From positions 96,001-160,000 of the IMG/VR virus record IMGVR_UViG_2974782369_000001: a DNA stretch of 64,000 bases; one strand, 5' to 3'. The position numbers and the translations under genes were made by a program. Under the pieces are notes generated by a model. The model worked only from the letters and a program-made list of their open reading frames with translations. It did not search any database and was not told where the DNA came from. The stretch comes from a virus (taxonomy: Duplodnaviria; Caudoviricetes). Positions 55,201 to 64,000 of this stretch are shown piece after piece (within the stretch, counting starts at the first letter, position 1; each line of letters opens with the position of its first letter).

Positions 55201-58200
55201 GCAATATTTCTAGATCTAATCCAAGGAATAGCAGTCTGAGAAACAATGCTATCTCCCAGGGATTGTCTATCAATTCTGGGGACAACACGAGTCCTAATAC
55301 CAGATCTGACTTGACCTTGAGTAGATGCAATTGTGGAAGTCCTATTAACGCGACGCATACCACGACCACCCCAAACACCAGGAGCAGGGGATCTTCCAAT
55401 ATCTTCTGCCAACCAACCAGAATTTCTAGTAACCGAAGAAGATATAGTGGTTTCACCAACCCAGTTAGTAGTCCAAGATGCCCACTCAATAGGAGCAAAA
55501 CCATTTTGGTCTGCATTTAACTCATTGGAAACCTGTTGGAAATCACCCTCAATCTGAGTTACTCTCTGTGGAATTCTGTTTGTATCAACCCAGTCATCAG
55601 AAGCAGGTGTGATATCAATTCTACCGATATATGTAAACACGTTAAATGGGTTTACGTTCTCAACTCTAGATGCATAAGGTTGATCAACAATCTTCAATTC
55701 ACTATATGGAAGTGAAATGATTGGACCAGTTTTTTGATAACCATTAGATAGAGACTCATTTACAATTAGAGAAACGTTGGTGCAATAGTGAGATGCTCTT
55801 GCCTGACCATTTCTATAATCAATCGATGCAGCATAGTCTTCGTGATCTACAGCAGACTTACTATGATCACTGAAATCATCTACAATGAAACCATTCTTAA
55901 ATCTATTTTTGCCAGAAGCATCTAAAATCTGAGTATTAAATGTATCTGCCTCCAACATATTCAAGGAAGTGTAATACTCAACTTGGTCAAGACGACGCTC
56001 AAGCGCACCAATATCTCTCATGGTGTAACGCTTGTTATCAGATCTTCTAATTACAGTATCCGTTTCAGGATCAAAACCATATGGTCTATGGTATAGTGTG
56101 CCCAAAAGCATACCATCCTTAAGATTGTCTGGCTCTTGTGGCTCTTCAGCAGACTTACCCTTAACAACTTGGAATTCACCACTAGGAAGGACATAAACCT
56201 TATCAACCCTAGGTAGATACCAGTCAAAGTCACAACGGAAATCGCTATTGATCTTAGGAATGTCGAAGATTGTTGCGTTAACTGTGCCACCAGATGTAAA
56301 TACTCTTGACTTAAAGTCAAAGGTAGAGCACTCAACACGAGCGGGGGAAGCAACTGTGCCAGTTCCAGTATAGAGATTCTTAGCACCAGGACGGAAGTCT
56401 AGGTAATCTGCAAGGAAGTTAAACTTGTAGAAAGGAATATCATCATAAGCAGTATTCAAATAAGACTGACCACCAAAATAATCACCCGTAGAAGAGTGTG
56501 TATAGAAATCACAAACAATCTTCAGTTTTCTAATAGGGGTAGAAGCACCTTTTTTGCGTACAATTCTAGATGTATCGTAAATAAATCCAGTTTGAGAAAC
56601 TTCCAAGTAGTAATTATCGGTAACTACTTTCGATCCAGCAACTACAGAATTCTCATTATCATTAATAATTGCTGTAAGGGGACTACCATTACTATCAAAA
56701 CCAGTGATTGTTTCGCCAGGAGTGAATGAACCTGAGATATAAACAATACTCAGTCTGAGATTACCAGAAGAAAATTCAACAACTTTCGCTCTGGCACCAG
56801 AAGTCCTACCAGTAACAATAGTATTCTTAGCAAAAAAGACTGGCTCGACTAGAGTCAAGTTTGGAATAACAGCATCGTTATCATCTAGAGACTCATATAC
56901 TGCATGTAATCTATAAGCATCTACCGCACCGATAGAAATTTCCTTATCTTGAATTCTTGTGCCATATAGATGAGTATATGCAAGACCATAATTTTGTTTG
57001 TCGAGATCTTGAGTGGTCTTATCGACCTTCAAGACAAACATTTCCTGCTCAGATTTCGTCTTTCTGGTAGTTACGTTTTTAGAAATAGACGCGGTTACCT
57101 TAACAGATGTAATATTTGTGAGATTATCAATCTGTAGTGTAGTTCTATCGGCACTAGTAAATGTCGAATAACCAATACTACCACTATTTGTTGTGTTAAT
57201 TTCAATCTGATCACCGACAGGATATGTTCCGTTGCTACCCGCTAATACTGTAATGTTATAAGCATCTTGAGAAAGGGAAATAAACTGCTCATTCTCTGGG
57301 AGAGTGATAGAGATAGAATTAGAAGAAACCGTTTGTGCATCAAATGTTCTTCTGACAATCATAGATTCGTCAGCAATGCTCTTAACATACTTCTTAGGCA
57401 TGGGGCTAAGAAGATTTGCATTAGCAACATCTGCAAGTTTTGCACGATATCTAACAATAGTTGTATATGTGCCTGCCGCTGGGAAATTGCTTCCAGGTGG
57501 GGTTACATTAACCACCTGATCTCCGTAATTAAAGATAGATGATAAACCAGCACCTGCGAGATTAGATGGATCTACAAAATCAACATCAACATATTCTGTT
57601 GCGGAGAAATAGATACGATCGCCAGCACGAAGATCATTAGCAAAATCAGAATTCAAACCAGTGATTGTTTCTGATCCAGGGGTTGCATCATAGGTAAAAG
57701 CATCACCACGAAGTCTAGCTGCATCATCAATAACAATATCTGAAGTAAATTCAACGGTGGAAGTACTTTCATCTCTAGACAAAATTTGTCTAGCATCCGA
57801 ATACTTATAAGTATGGACTTGACTGACCACATCTTTGTTTCTACCATCAACTGTGATCATCTCTCCAACTAGGAAAGTGCCCTCTACCTGATATACGCTA
57901 AATGTAGCACCCGCAGTTACAGTATCGACGATGTATGCTCTAGCACCAGAAGATGCACCAACCAATTGAGATCCCTGAGTGATAGTAACTGCAGACCCTA
58001 GGGTCATAACAGTAATCATCTGGACATCAAACAGGTTTAGTTTATATTTGTCATCCGCATCTCCAAACGTTGTATTTGGATCTTCAACATACTCAAAACC
58101 TGCTGCACGAGCATAACCAATGAGATTACCAACAGAAACGCCAGGAGTTGCAGTAAATCTATCTCTAAGTTCTAATACCTGATAAGAATTGGTAACAGAA

Positions 58201-59432
58201 GATCCAGCAATATTTGGGAATCCATAGACATTATTGACCATGGAGTAATTACCCATTTCAAATGGAATAATTACGTTTTCTGCAGATAGCGTTTCTCTGG
58301 GTTTCTCTACATCAACATAAGTTGGAGAAAGAGTCTTAACTCTATAACCTCTTACATATGCAACACCAGGACTTACTTCGAGAGAGAATAACGACTCTGC
58401 AGCAGTTGCACCGCTAGATGTTGTTTGACCTACGTTATAAACACCATTATTAAATCCATCATTTAAGTTGTGGCGTAATCTCAGACCAAAATCCTTTACG
58501 ACATAATCGCCAGACTCCTCATAAGTCCTCGTAGCAAGAGACTTTTCTAACTCATCATATGCAGTGCGATCAACAATCTTTTCAATTTTATTGCCATTAA
58601 TACGAAGTAATTCGATGAAGTCCTTGTCGGCATCATCATCCAATACTTTTTTGGATAATTTTGTTGTGATTCTAAATCTATGTGATCCAGGCGCAGCGTA
58701 GTTAGATGTGCCTGCTGCATTATCATTCAGAGACGCATCATCTTCTGGAGTAACAATAGATTCTAGAATTTCTAAACCAACTCTATACTTAGGATCGGTT
58801 GAATACTGCTCAAGAAGAATATACTGATATGGTACGTCTACAAAGAATCCACGAATAAAGTAGACACCATCTTGTACGTATGCAACAGATCCCTGCTGAA
58901 TAGCAGCAGTTGGTAGTAGTTGAGCAAAAGGAGATCCAATTTCAATCAGTGTTGTACCGAAAGTAATTTCAGCATCGGTAACTAACTGCTCATTATTTGC
59001 AAAAACCTCAGTATTATTTTCTTCTCCACCAGACTCAATATACTTTACATATAATGTGATATATCCCTTCTCAGACTCAGAAGCAGAAATACTGTAAAGG
59101 ACCTTTGCTTTAACACCAGTTGTCAAACCAGTGATGATTCTACCATCGAGTTGAGATCTGTATTCTTCAATATTAGCACCCAGGAAACTTTCCTGAAGCA
59201 TAATGGCATCAACCGTTAGGTCATAACCCACTTGACCTGGGATGACCATAGCACCGTCTTTAAACAAGTGCGATCCAACGCTTTCAACCTGATGCTGTAG
59301 AATCGACTGTGACGTTGTAAGCTCTCTCGCCTGAATCGGGTATCCAGGACGATACAACACTCGATAAAAGTTTTTAGTTTTATCGAAATCGTCGTAGTAA
59401 GGTGTGACGTTTAGGTTGGTATTTTGTGCCAT
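52209..59432 (-). CDS. VrlC-like/DUF4815 large virion structural protein (2407 aa)
   Basis: NLNVTPYYDDF, PIQARELT, APGSHR, RTYEESGDY, YTMRDIG.LE.R, YDPLAQSF, LFKSQNASTW. Confidence 0.9.
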   Translation of the reverse strand: MAQNTNLNVTPYYDDFDKTKNFYRVLYRPGYPIQARELTTSQSILQHQVESVGSHLFKDGAMVIPGQVGYDLTVDAIMLQESFLGANIEEYRSQLDGRIITGLTTGVKAKVLYSISASESEKGYITLYVKYIESGGEENNTEVFANNEQLVTDAEITFGTTLIEIGSPFAQLLPTAAIQQGSVAYVQDGVYFIRGFFVDVPYQYILLEQYSTDPKYRVGLEILESIVTPEDDASLNDNAAGTSNYAAPGSHRFRITTKLSKKVLDDDADKDFIELLRINGNKIEKIVDRTAYDELEKSLATRTYEESGDYVVKDFGLRLRHNLNDGFNNGVYNVGQTTSSGATAAESLFSLEVSPGVAYVRGYRVKTLSPTYVDVEKPRETLSAENVIIPFEMGNYSMVNNVYGFPNIAGSSVTNSYQVLELRDRFTATPGVSVGNLIGYARAAGFEYVEDPNTTFGDADDKYKLNLFDVQMITVMTLGSAVTITQGSQLVGASSGARAYIVDTVTAGATFSVYQVEGTFLVGEMITVDGRNKDVVSQVHTYKYSDARQILSRDESTSTVEFTSDIVIDDAARLRGDAFTYDATPGSETITGLNSDFANDLRAGDRIYFSATEYVDVDFVDPSNLAGAGLSSIFNYGDQVVNVTPPGSNFPAAGTYTTIVRYRAKLADVANANLLSPMPKKYVKSIADESMIVRRTFDAQTVSSNSISITLPENEQFISLSQDAYNITVLAGSNGTYPVGDQIEINTTNSGSIGYSTFTSADRTTLQIDNLTNITSVKVTASISKNVTTRKTKSEQEMFVLKVDKTTQDLDKQNYGLAYTHLYGTRIQDKEISIGAVDAYRLHAVYESLDDNDAVIPNLTLVEPVFFAKNTIVTGRTSGARAKVVEFSSGNLRLSIVYISGSFTPGETITGFDSNGSPLTAIINDNENSVVAGSKVVTDNYYLEVSQTGFIYDTSRIVRKKGASTPIRKLKIVCDFYTHSSTGDYFGGQSYLNTAYDDIPFYKFNFLADYLDFRPGAKNLYTGTGTVASPARVECSTFDFKSRVFTSGGTVNATIFDIPKINSDFRCDFDWYLPRVDKVYVLPSGEFQVVKGKSAEEPQEPDNLKDGMLLGTLYHRPYGFDPETDTVIRRSDNKRYTMRDIGALERRLDQVEYYTSLNMLEADTFNTQILDASGKNRFKNGFIVDDFSDHSKSAVDHEDYAASIDYRNGQARASHYCTNVSLIVNESLSNGYQKTGPIISLPYSELKIVDQPYASRVENVNPFNVFTYIGRIDITPASDDWVDTNRIPQRVTQIEGDFQQVSNELNADQNGFAPIEWASWTTNWVGETTISSSVTRNSGWLAEDIGRSPAPGVWGGRGMRRVNRTSTIASTQGQVRSGIRTRVVPRIDRQSLGDSIVSQTAIPWIRSRNIAMDVVRLKPRTQFYAFFDGQSVDGYIMPKIVELIKDPTVDTRTNSTPFVIGETVRGQTSGVVFKVAAPNDKFVYNPYDDSELPDSYASTTNFINVDIQELAAQAVGDFYGNMQVGEVLVGDSGATAVVKNRRILSDRLGQFSGSFFIPSPTLDSNPRWATGSRTLRFSTSTSDSRLAGAVASSAETTYEARGQLNTVQENVLAVRNADVVRDTVNQERTIQTTRTETRQIGWYDPLAQSFISDEEGGVFLTSVDVFFNAKDENIPISMQIRTMENGYPTTTILPFSDVTLNPSQVQLSETGAIATKFTFRAPVYIPQSVEHCFVLLSDSNSYQVWISRMGELDITGDRTISEQPYAGVLFKSQNASTWTADQYEDLKFSIYRAQFETATNGRLVLNNSALGLGNGGVVSLRRDPIETVSPQLTLLLNSLTLPFTVGARIYQKTTLAQGTIAAVGSEVNGVTITLDDVTGTFQAGSEGGGVVVNRIVSSKTVATMVVTSITGGTGAFTVGETITGNSANAPTATVTNWDAGTSTLTLESVSTNFTVSTETVNGGTSDTTATVSSVTYSGDAVETGSISSAFPATGITPSYNSDQRKIKIYHSNHGMHDLNNNVTLTGMQSEISPTFLTAALSDSETSIAVNDASAFHKRVDGATVGIGNPGFIKIGNEIITYSAISSDGKTITVLNRGANSTTAVSHADESIVECYNLDGIPLTEINKVHNSIQNPTLDSYEISVSSLGNVGIRGGGDGATATQNIQYETIRPQIQRMILPKTEVTARVNTISGTSINDGTNNLTGSFSNDGTFTDVLLNEDNYLTRPKLICSGINESEELSGEKSFRMDLTLSTTKDNVSPIIDTDRMSAILVSNRINNPANPNSAKLATGDDHEAVYITRVASLTNPSSALKVMFSAYRPAGSTIKVLYRVRPVGSTDPIESFGFDFIDGDLNQVPAPTDTQIFKDYSYEINGLSFDEYQIKVVMVSSNQAYTPVLQDFRAIALAL

Positions 59433-60964
59433 TAGAACTCGATTACGATTTTAATATCTTCGATCTGGTCGTTAGCACGACCGATTGCTCTTCTATTATC
59501 TATGTAAATAATTTGACCGTCATTTGACTTAATTTCGGGTTTTGCATACCCGTTATTAAACTTCATACCCAAGTCATACTCAGTATTGTTAATGGTCCTT
59601 GAAGAAGAATTGGGGACCGCAGGGAAGTTAACATCGGGTTGACCTGCCGCACCAGAGGTTGCACCACTGACGACATTAGATCCATCAAACTCATTAAGAG
59701 TGCCAATAACTTCAGGGAAAATACCATCAACATTATTTTGATAGTATTTTAAAACTTTAGTTACAGAATTCCAAGAAATCACACGACCTCTTGCTGTAAC
59801 GTTAGTGCCACCAACAACTCTAGTTTGAGTAATGATTTCATCAGGCACATAGTTGCCTTGGAAAGTTGGAGGGAAGATAACCGCCTTTGCAGCAGAGACT
59901 GTAAGATCGGAGATCAATTCTTCAGTACCAAACTTTTTGGGATTGGTAATTAGACCAATACGACGGTAGTCGTTATCAACTGGAAAGTCGCCTGCACCTT
60001 CAGCATAAGATAACTTAGCGTTAATCATTACACGGAAAGCACCCAATTCAACAACAGAATCAAAACCATGACCACCTGGGGGTGGAATAATGACATCAAT
60101 TTGACCACCTGTGCCTGTGCCGATACCAGTGATGTTATCTACACTGATCTTACCGAAGGTGTATCCCGTGCCACCAGAAGTAACAGTAGCAGAGATAATT
60201 TTACCACCATCAACAACAACTGAAACACGACCACCAGCACCATCACCGTTAATGGCAACGTTATCATAAGTGCCGTTGTTGTAACCAGATCCTGCAGCGT
60301 TAATAACAACGGTATCAATTTCACCAGCAACAGCATTTGTCTTCACCGCATCATTGGTGAAAACGGGCATGTAGTCATTGGAGAAGAATTTTAAGACAGA
60401 GGCGACAGGAATTGTGTATAGATACTTCCAACGATAACCATCTCCAGTAGTGATGATAGAAGTAGACGTGCCTGTTGGCTCGACAGTTGATGGTTTGCCA
60501 TTAGGATCAGAAGGAGAAGTGCCGTTGTAGATGCACTTGTAAACCTGATACTGAGAGTTTACGACGTAAAAGTCAGAGTCATATAGTTTAGTAGCACCAG
60601 AGGAAGCGGTCTTACTGGGAGAGTAATCATGACGATACATGTCATAGGTGAAACCCAAACCACCAGTAGTTTGCTCAGGAGAAACCCAATCAATTCTCCT
60701 TACAACTTGCACCGTATCAGCAGCCAGGACACGCTTCAATGAGATCATGTCATCATAAGATCCAGAAAACTCTAAGAAAGAGTCAACTGCTTGAGGGGGA
60801 GAATTTTCATCATCCCACGATTGTGGTCTGCCAATAAAAATATAAAGGCGATCTCTAGTTTCTCCTGCTGCATCATCGCTCTGAGTTGCAACTGGACCCT
60901 CTAGTGCCTTAATAAATTTTCTCGCAGAGAAAATCCTAAATTGATCAGTAAGTAACGCTGCCAT
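59432..60964 (-). CDS. g8: Baseplate wedge subunit gp8
   Basis: YDMYRHDYS, FYVVNS.YQVYKC, DGYRWKYLYTI, YIDNR, EDIKIVIEF; CATAAATA at 61003-61010. Confidence 0.92.
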   Translation of the reverse strand: MAALLTDQFRIFSARKFIKALEGPVATQSDDAAGETRDRLYIFIGRPQSWDDENSPPQAVDSFLEFSGSYDDMISLKRVLAADTVQVVRRIDWVSPEQTTGGLGFTYDMYRHDYSPSKTASSGATKLYDSDFYVVNSQYQVYKCIYNGTSPSDPNGKPSTVEPTGTSTSIITTGDGYRWKYLYTIPVASVLKFFSNDYMPVFTNDAVKTNAVAGEIDTVVINAAGSGYNNGTYDNVAINGDGAGGRVSVVVDGGKIISATVTSGGTGYTFGKISVDNITGIGTGTGGQIDVIIPPPGGHGFDSVVELGAFRVMINAKLSYAEGAGDFPVDNDYRRIGLITNPKKFGTEELISDLTVSAAKAVIFPPTFQGNYVPDEIITQTRVVGGTNVTARGRVISWNSVTKVLKYYQNNVDGIFPEVIGTLNEFDGSNVVSGATSGAAGQPDVNFPAVPNSSSRTINNTEYDLGMKFNNGYAKPEIKSNDGQIIYIDNRRAIGRANDQIEDIKIVIEF

Positions 60965-61014
60965 TTGTTAGGGGGTGCTTGGGTTTTATCAGTCCTAATG
61001 TTTATTTATGAAGG

Positions 61015-64000
61015 TTATTCGGACCTAATAATTGTCGAATATTCAATTCTCTTGATTCTGTAAGATGCTCCAGCATTTCCATTAATCCTTTCACCACCAA
61101 TAACTGCTTGAATTTCCGCTCCAGATCCTGTTGTATCCGAAGGGTCATTAGTTACAGTAACAGTTGGTTTGGAGTTATATGTTGGATCGACATATTGTCG
61201 GTATCCATATCCACCATTATTAACAGTAACCGATAATACTTGGTCGCCTGCCGTTGTCATAACTGCTGTTGCAGTTGCTAGAATGTCACCAGCATTTTCT
61301 ACGGTAATAGTAGGTACAGCAGAATAATCGGATCCAGGATTCAGGACAATGTAATCAACAATTGTGCTATCTTCAGAGAATTTATAAAGAAGTCCAGCAA
61401 CACCAACATTAACATTGCCTGTATTATATGGAGTTATGTTATTGACGGTAAGTATTCCATTGGTGGGATCCCAGGAAACAACGGTTCCTGTAACACCAGA
61501 AATATCACCAGTAACAATTTCATTCACACTATAGTTTCCACCATTACTAAAGTTTCCATCTACATAAATTCTAACTAATGCTTCTTGAGGACGACCTTCA
61601 GATAATTGACCCGCTTCAACAATTGTTGCATATTTAAATGGTAGCGAGGCATCTTTAATACTATCGCCAACTTGGAATAGCGTGGTATTTTGTCCACCAA
61701 CAGTTTCTTCGATACCATAAAGCGAACTGTAAATACCACCATCAAGATTAATCTGGTTTTCAAAATCTGTGCCTGTATTTACTAGATCGGGAATACCATC
61801 CCCAATAAATGTGCCAGGATTATCAGGATCTTCAACGTTTTGATCTTGGAATGCCGAATTATTTAATGTTGAAATTGGGTCGGTTAATAATGCAATAGAT
61901 TCTGTATTTGACGGAAGAATTATATGTGGATCATACCCAGCAGCTGCACTAGTAGAAACACCAGCATCAAACTGGACGACAGCATCTTCTGTTGAAGGAA
62001 TACCACCATCAATGAATGCCAATTCGTCAACTTCAAATGTGACAAGCAACTCTCGATTGTTTGGATTCCAATCATAGACCTTTGCAATTTTACTAGTTGC
62101 ATTTTCAACTCTTCTAATTACTCGGTCACCTACACTAAAATTGTATAGAGAAATACCGTCTTGATCAACCTGAGAATCATCAAGGACTACACGTTGATCG
62201 TAATTGAAGTTAATACCTCTAGTGACACCAGTAAATCTTTCTCTACTCTTAGATGCGTATCTAATAATCTCATTATTAATCAATAATTCACCAGATCCAG
62301 GGAATGCATCGGTAGAATCAACGTAAATAGTATCTTCACTAGAATTCAAAGATTTTAAAAGACCAGTTAGATATGCAGGTCTTGAGTTATTTGCCTGTCT
62401 TGCATTGACTCTTCTCTTTAAATTAACCAGTTTGTTGAAGATAATGGTTGGGGGATTGACATAACCTCTACCTTCCTCAATAACATCAATACCAACGACT
62501 TCTCCCTGATCAATTCTCGCAACTGCTTTGGCACCAGATCCACCACCACCAGTTATTAAAATATATGGAGGAGTCTCATAGAATTCCCCAGGATTAACAA
62601 CATCAATTCTAGTAATTCTACCACCAGTGTCAATTTCAGCAGCGCCTTTGGCACCCTGACCGTTACCACCACCTTCAAAAATTAGGGTTGGTGGTGTTGC
62701 AAAATCTCTACCAGCATTTAAGAGAGTTAGACCAGTAACCGTTTGTACGATAGGACTTACAATTGCTCCAGATCCTTCACCACCGAGAATCTTTGCTTGT
62801 GCTTGACCAAAGTATCCATCACCAGTCTTGGTCATCTTCACATAGTTTACAGATCCATCTGCATTGAGAATTACTTCACCTTCTGCACCAGAGGGAAACT
62901 CTGTAGTTGAAGGTGGTAATTCATCGCCTTCAAAAACTGGAGTGCCGTAAAATTCAGGACCAATTACATATGGATAAACTGGATTGTTACTAGAATCCGT
63001 TGACATAAAGTATGCATATGTCCCATTTGGATATTCTGGAGTAACAGCAAACTTACCATTAAATGCATCAAGATCACCGACTTGATCATCGTAAATATAG
63101 TCTTGGATGAAATCTCCCAATAAATATCCATCTTGGACACTTCTAAATCCAAAATTAGTATCATTAAATGAGAAGATGTATAGCAGTCTTGGGGAATTAA
63201 CTCTTGGTGTAATTCTGAGCTCCCGTTGAGATGCAATAGCAAACCCTTGTTGATATTGATTATATGTTACTTCAACACCATCTAAGTGATAAGTAACTCC
63301 TTCAGAATAGACAAACTCTGGCAATCCAACTGTGCCACCATGCCACCCATCTTCCGTCTCGCTGAAAAGAAGAATATCTGGCACATTTGAAGCATCATCT
63401 TGATTGAAAATATATGTCTTGCCTCTATCGAGATTTAAAAATGCAGTTTCAGATCCATTAATATAAAACTTATTATTAGATACAGTAACTGTATAATTTA
63501 CGACACCAGGAGTTGTAACCTTAGGTCTAGTACCAACAATTTCATCACCGACTCTTAAACGGAATGATGATGAAAGTCTTGCTATAGATCCAGCGCCGTT
63601 ATACCCATAAGGTCCGTAAATTGGATATCCATCATAAGACATTCCCAAAATCTTTGAATGTCCATTCGCATGGCGAGAATAGTCGATACTACTACCATCA
63701 GTGTAATAATCGGTAATGTAGTAATTGTTTGGAAGAGGATCGTTGTCAACAACGGTGCTCAATTCCATATAACCTTCATAACCATTAGATCCAGACATGT
63801 ATCTATGGTTTTTACAATAATAATAAATCCTGCGAGTCTCGCCAGGATTCATTATGAATAGTGGTTGATACTCGTTTTCATAATCTGCTGCGGGCGCAGG
63901 AGGATTTTGATTTGTATCAAGATACAACTGACCACCATTTAGCAAACCATCTGGTGTGGTGCTAAATTGCATTGGGTGACCAACGTTTGATGAATCAGAC
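61015..64000 (-). CDS. Baseplate wedge initiator gp7-like protein with YHYH-associated domain (5' truncated)
   Basis: GHSKILG..YDGYPIYGPYG, DL.AFNGKF.VTPEYPNGTYAYF; the frame stays open upstream of 63972 to the window edge. Confidence 0.8.
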   Translation of the reverse strand, partial: SDSSNVGHPMQFSTTPDGLLNGGQLYLDTNQNPPAPAADYENEYQPLFIMNPGETRRIYYYCKNHRYMSGSNGYEGYMELSTVVDNDPLPNNYYITDYYTDGSSIDYSRHANGHSKILGMSYDGYPIYGPYGYNGAGSIARLSSSFRLRVGDEIVGTRPKVTTPGVVNYTVTVSNNKFYINGSETAFLNLDRGKTYIFNQDDASNVPDILLFSETEDGWHGGTVGLPEFVYSEGVTYHLDGVEVTYNQYQQGFAIASQRELRITPRVNSPRLLYIFSFNDTNFGFRSVQDGYLLGDFIQDYIYDDQVGDLDAFNGKFAVTPEYPNGTYAYFMSTDSSNNPVYPYVIGPEFYGTPVFEGDELPPSTTEFPSGAEGEVILNADGSVNYVKMTKTGDGYFGQAQAKILGGEGSGAIVSPIVQTVTGLTLLNAGRDFATPPTLIFEGGGNGQGAKGAAEIDTGGRITRIDVVNPGEFYETPPYILITGGGGSGAKAVARIDQGEVVGIDVIEEGRGYVNPPTIIFNKLVNLKRRVNARQANNSRPAYLTGLLKSLNSSEDTIYVDSTDAFPGSGELLINNEIIRYASKSRERFTGVTRGINFNYDQRVVLDDSQVDQDGISLYNFSVGDRVIRRVENATSKIAKVYDWNPNNRELLVTFEVDELAFIDGGIPSTEDAVVQFDAGVSTSAAAGYDPHIILPSNTESIALLTDPISTLNNSAFQDQNVEDPDNPGTFIGDGIPDLVNTGTDFENQINLDGGIYSSLYGIEETVGGQNTTLFQVGDSIKDASLPFKYATIVEAGQLSEGRPQEALVRIYVDGNFSNGGNYSVNEIVTGDISGVTGTVVSWDPTNGILTVNNITPYNTGNVNVGVAGLLYKFSEDSTIVDYIVLNPGSDYSAVPTITVENAGDILATATAVMTTAGDQVLSVTVNNGGYGYRQYVDPTYNSKPTVTVTNDPSDTTGSGAEIQAVIGGERINGNAGASYRIKRIEYSTIIRSE

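Noticed and set aside
1-64000. tRNA, rRNA, integrase or transposase genes
   Set aside because: Intergenic gaps are short and none showed a cloverleaf or recombinase motif by eye; a tRNAscan/Infernal run would be needed to exclude them formally

Overview
A 64-kb slice of a T4-like marine cyanomyovirus (Synechococcus/Prochlorococcus-type phage). Almost all genes are on the - strand. From right to left: baseplate and virion genes (gp7-like, gp8, a VrlC-like 2407-aa protein, an 1803-aa fibre), neck, tail and head genes (gp13-gp23, gp3), then recombination, transcription and replication genes (uvsY, uvsW, gp55, gp47, gp46, gp45, gp44, gp62, regA) and hsp20. The gp16-gp17 island carries petE, petF, an unannotated 43-aa NdhP, about 15 microproteins and candidate capsid-internal proteins. 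The most unusual signals are: (i) a late-promoter-driven, convergent 8-gene module of secreted and membrane proteins between regA and hsp20; (ii) a 481-aa protein built of basic modules separated by gp21-type Glu cleavage linkers, next to a protein with a T4 capsid-targeting-like N-terminus; (iii) tandem HNH genes flanked by a direct repeat of the gp44 3' end; (iv) a ROSE-like thermometer on hsp20; (v) a near-consensus antisense sigma70 promoter back-to-back with the gp55 promoter. No tRNA, rRNA or CRISPR array was seen. All family calls come from recognising motifs by eye, not from database searches.
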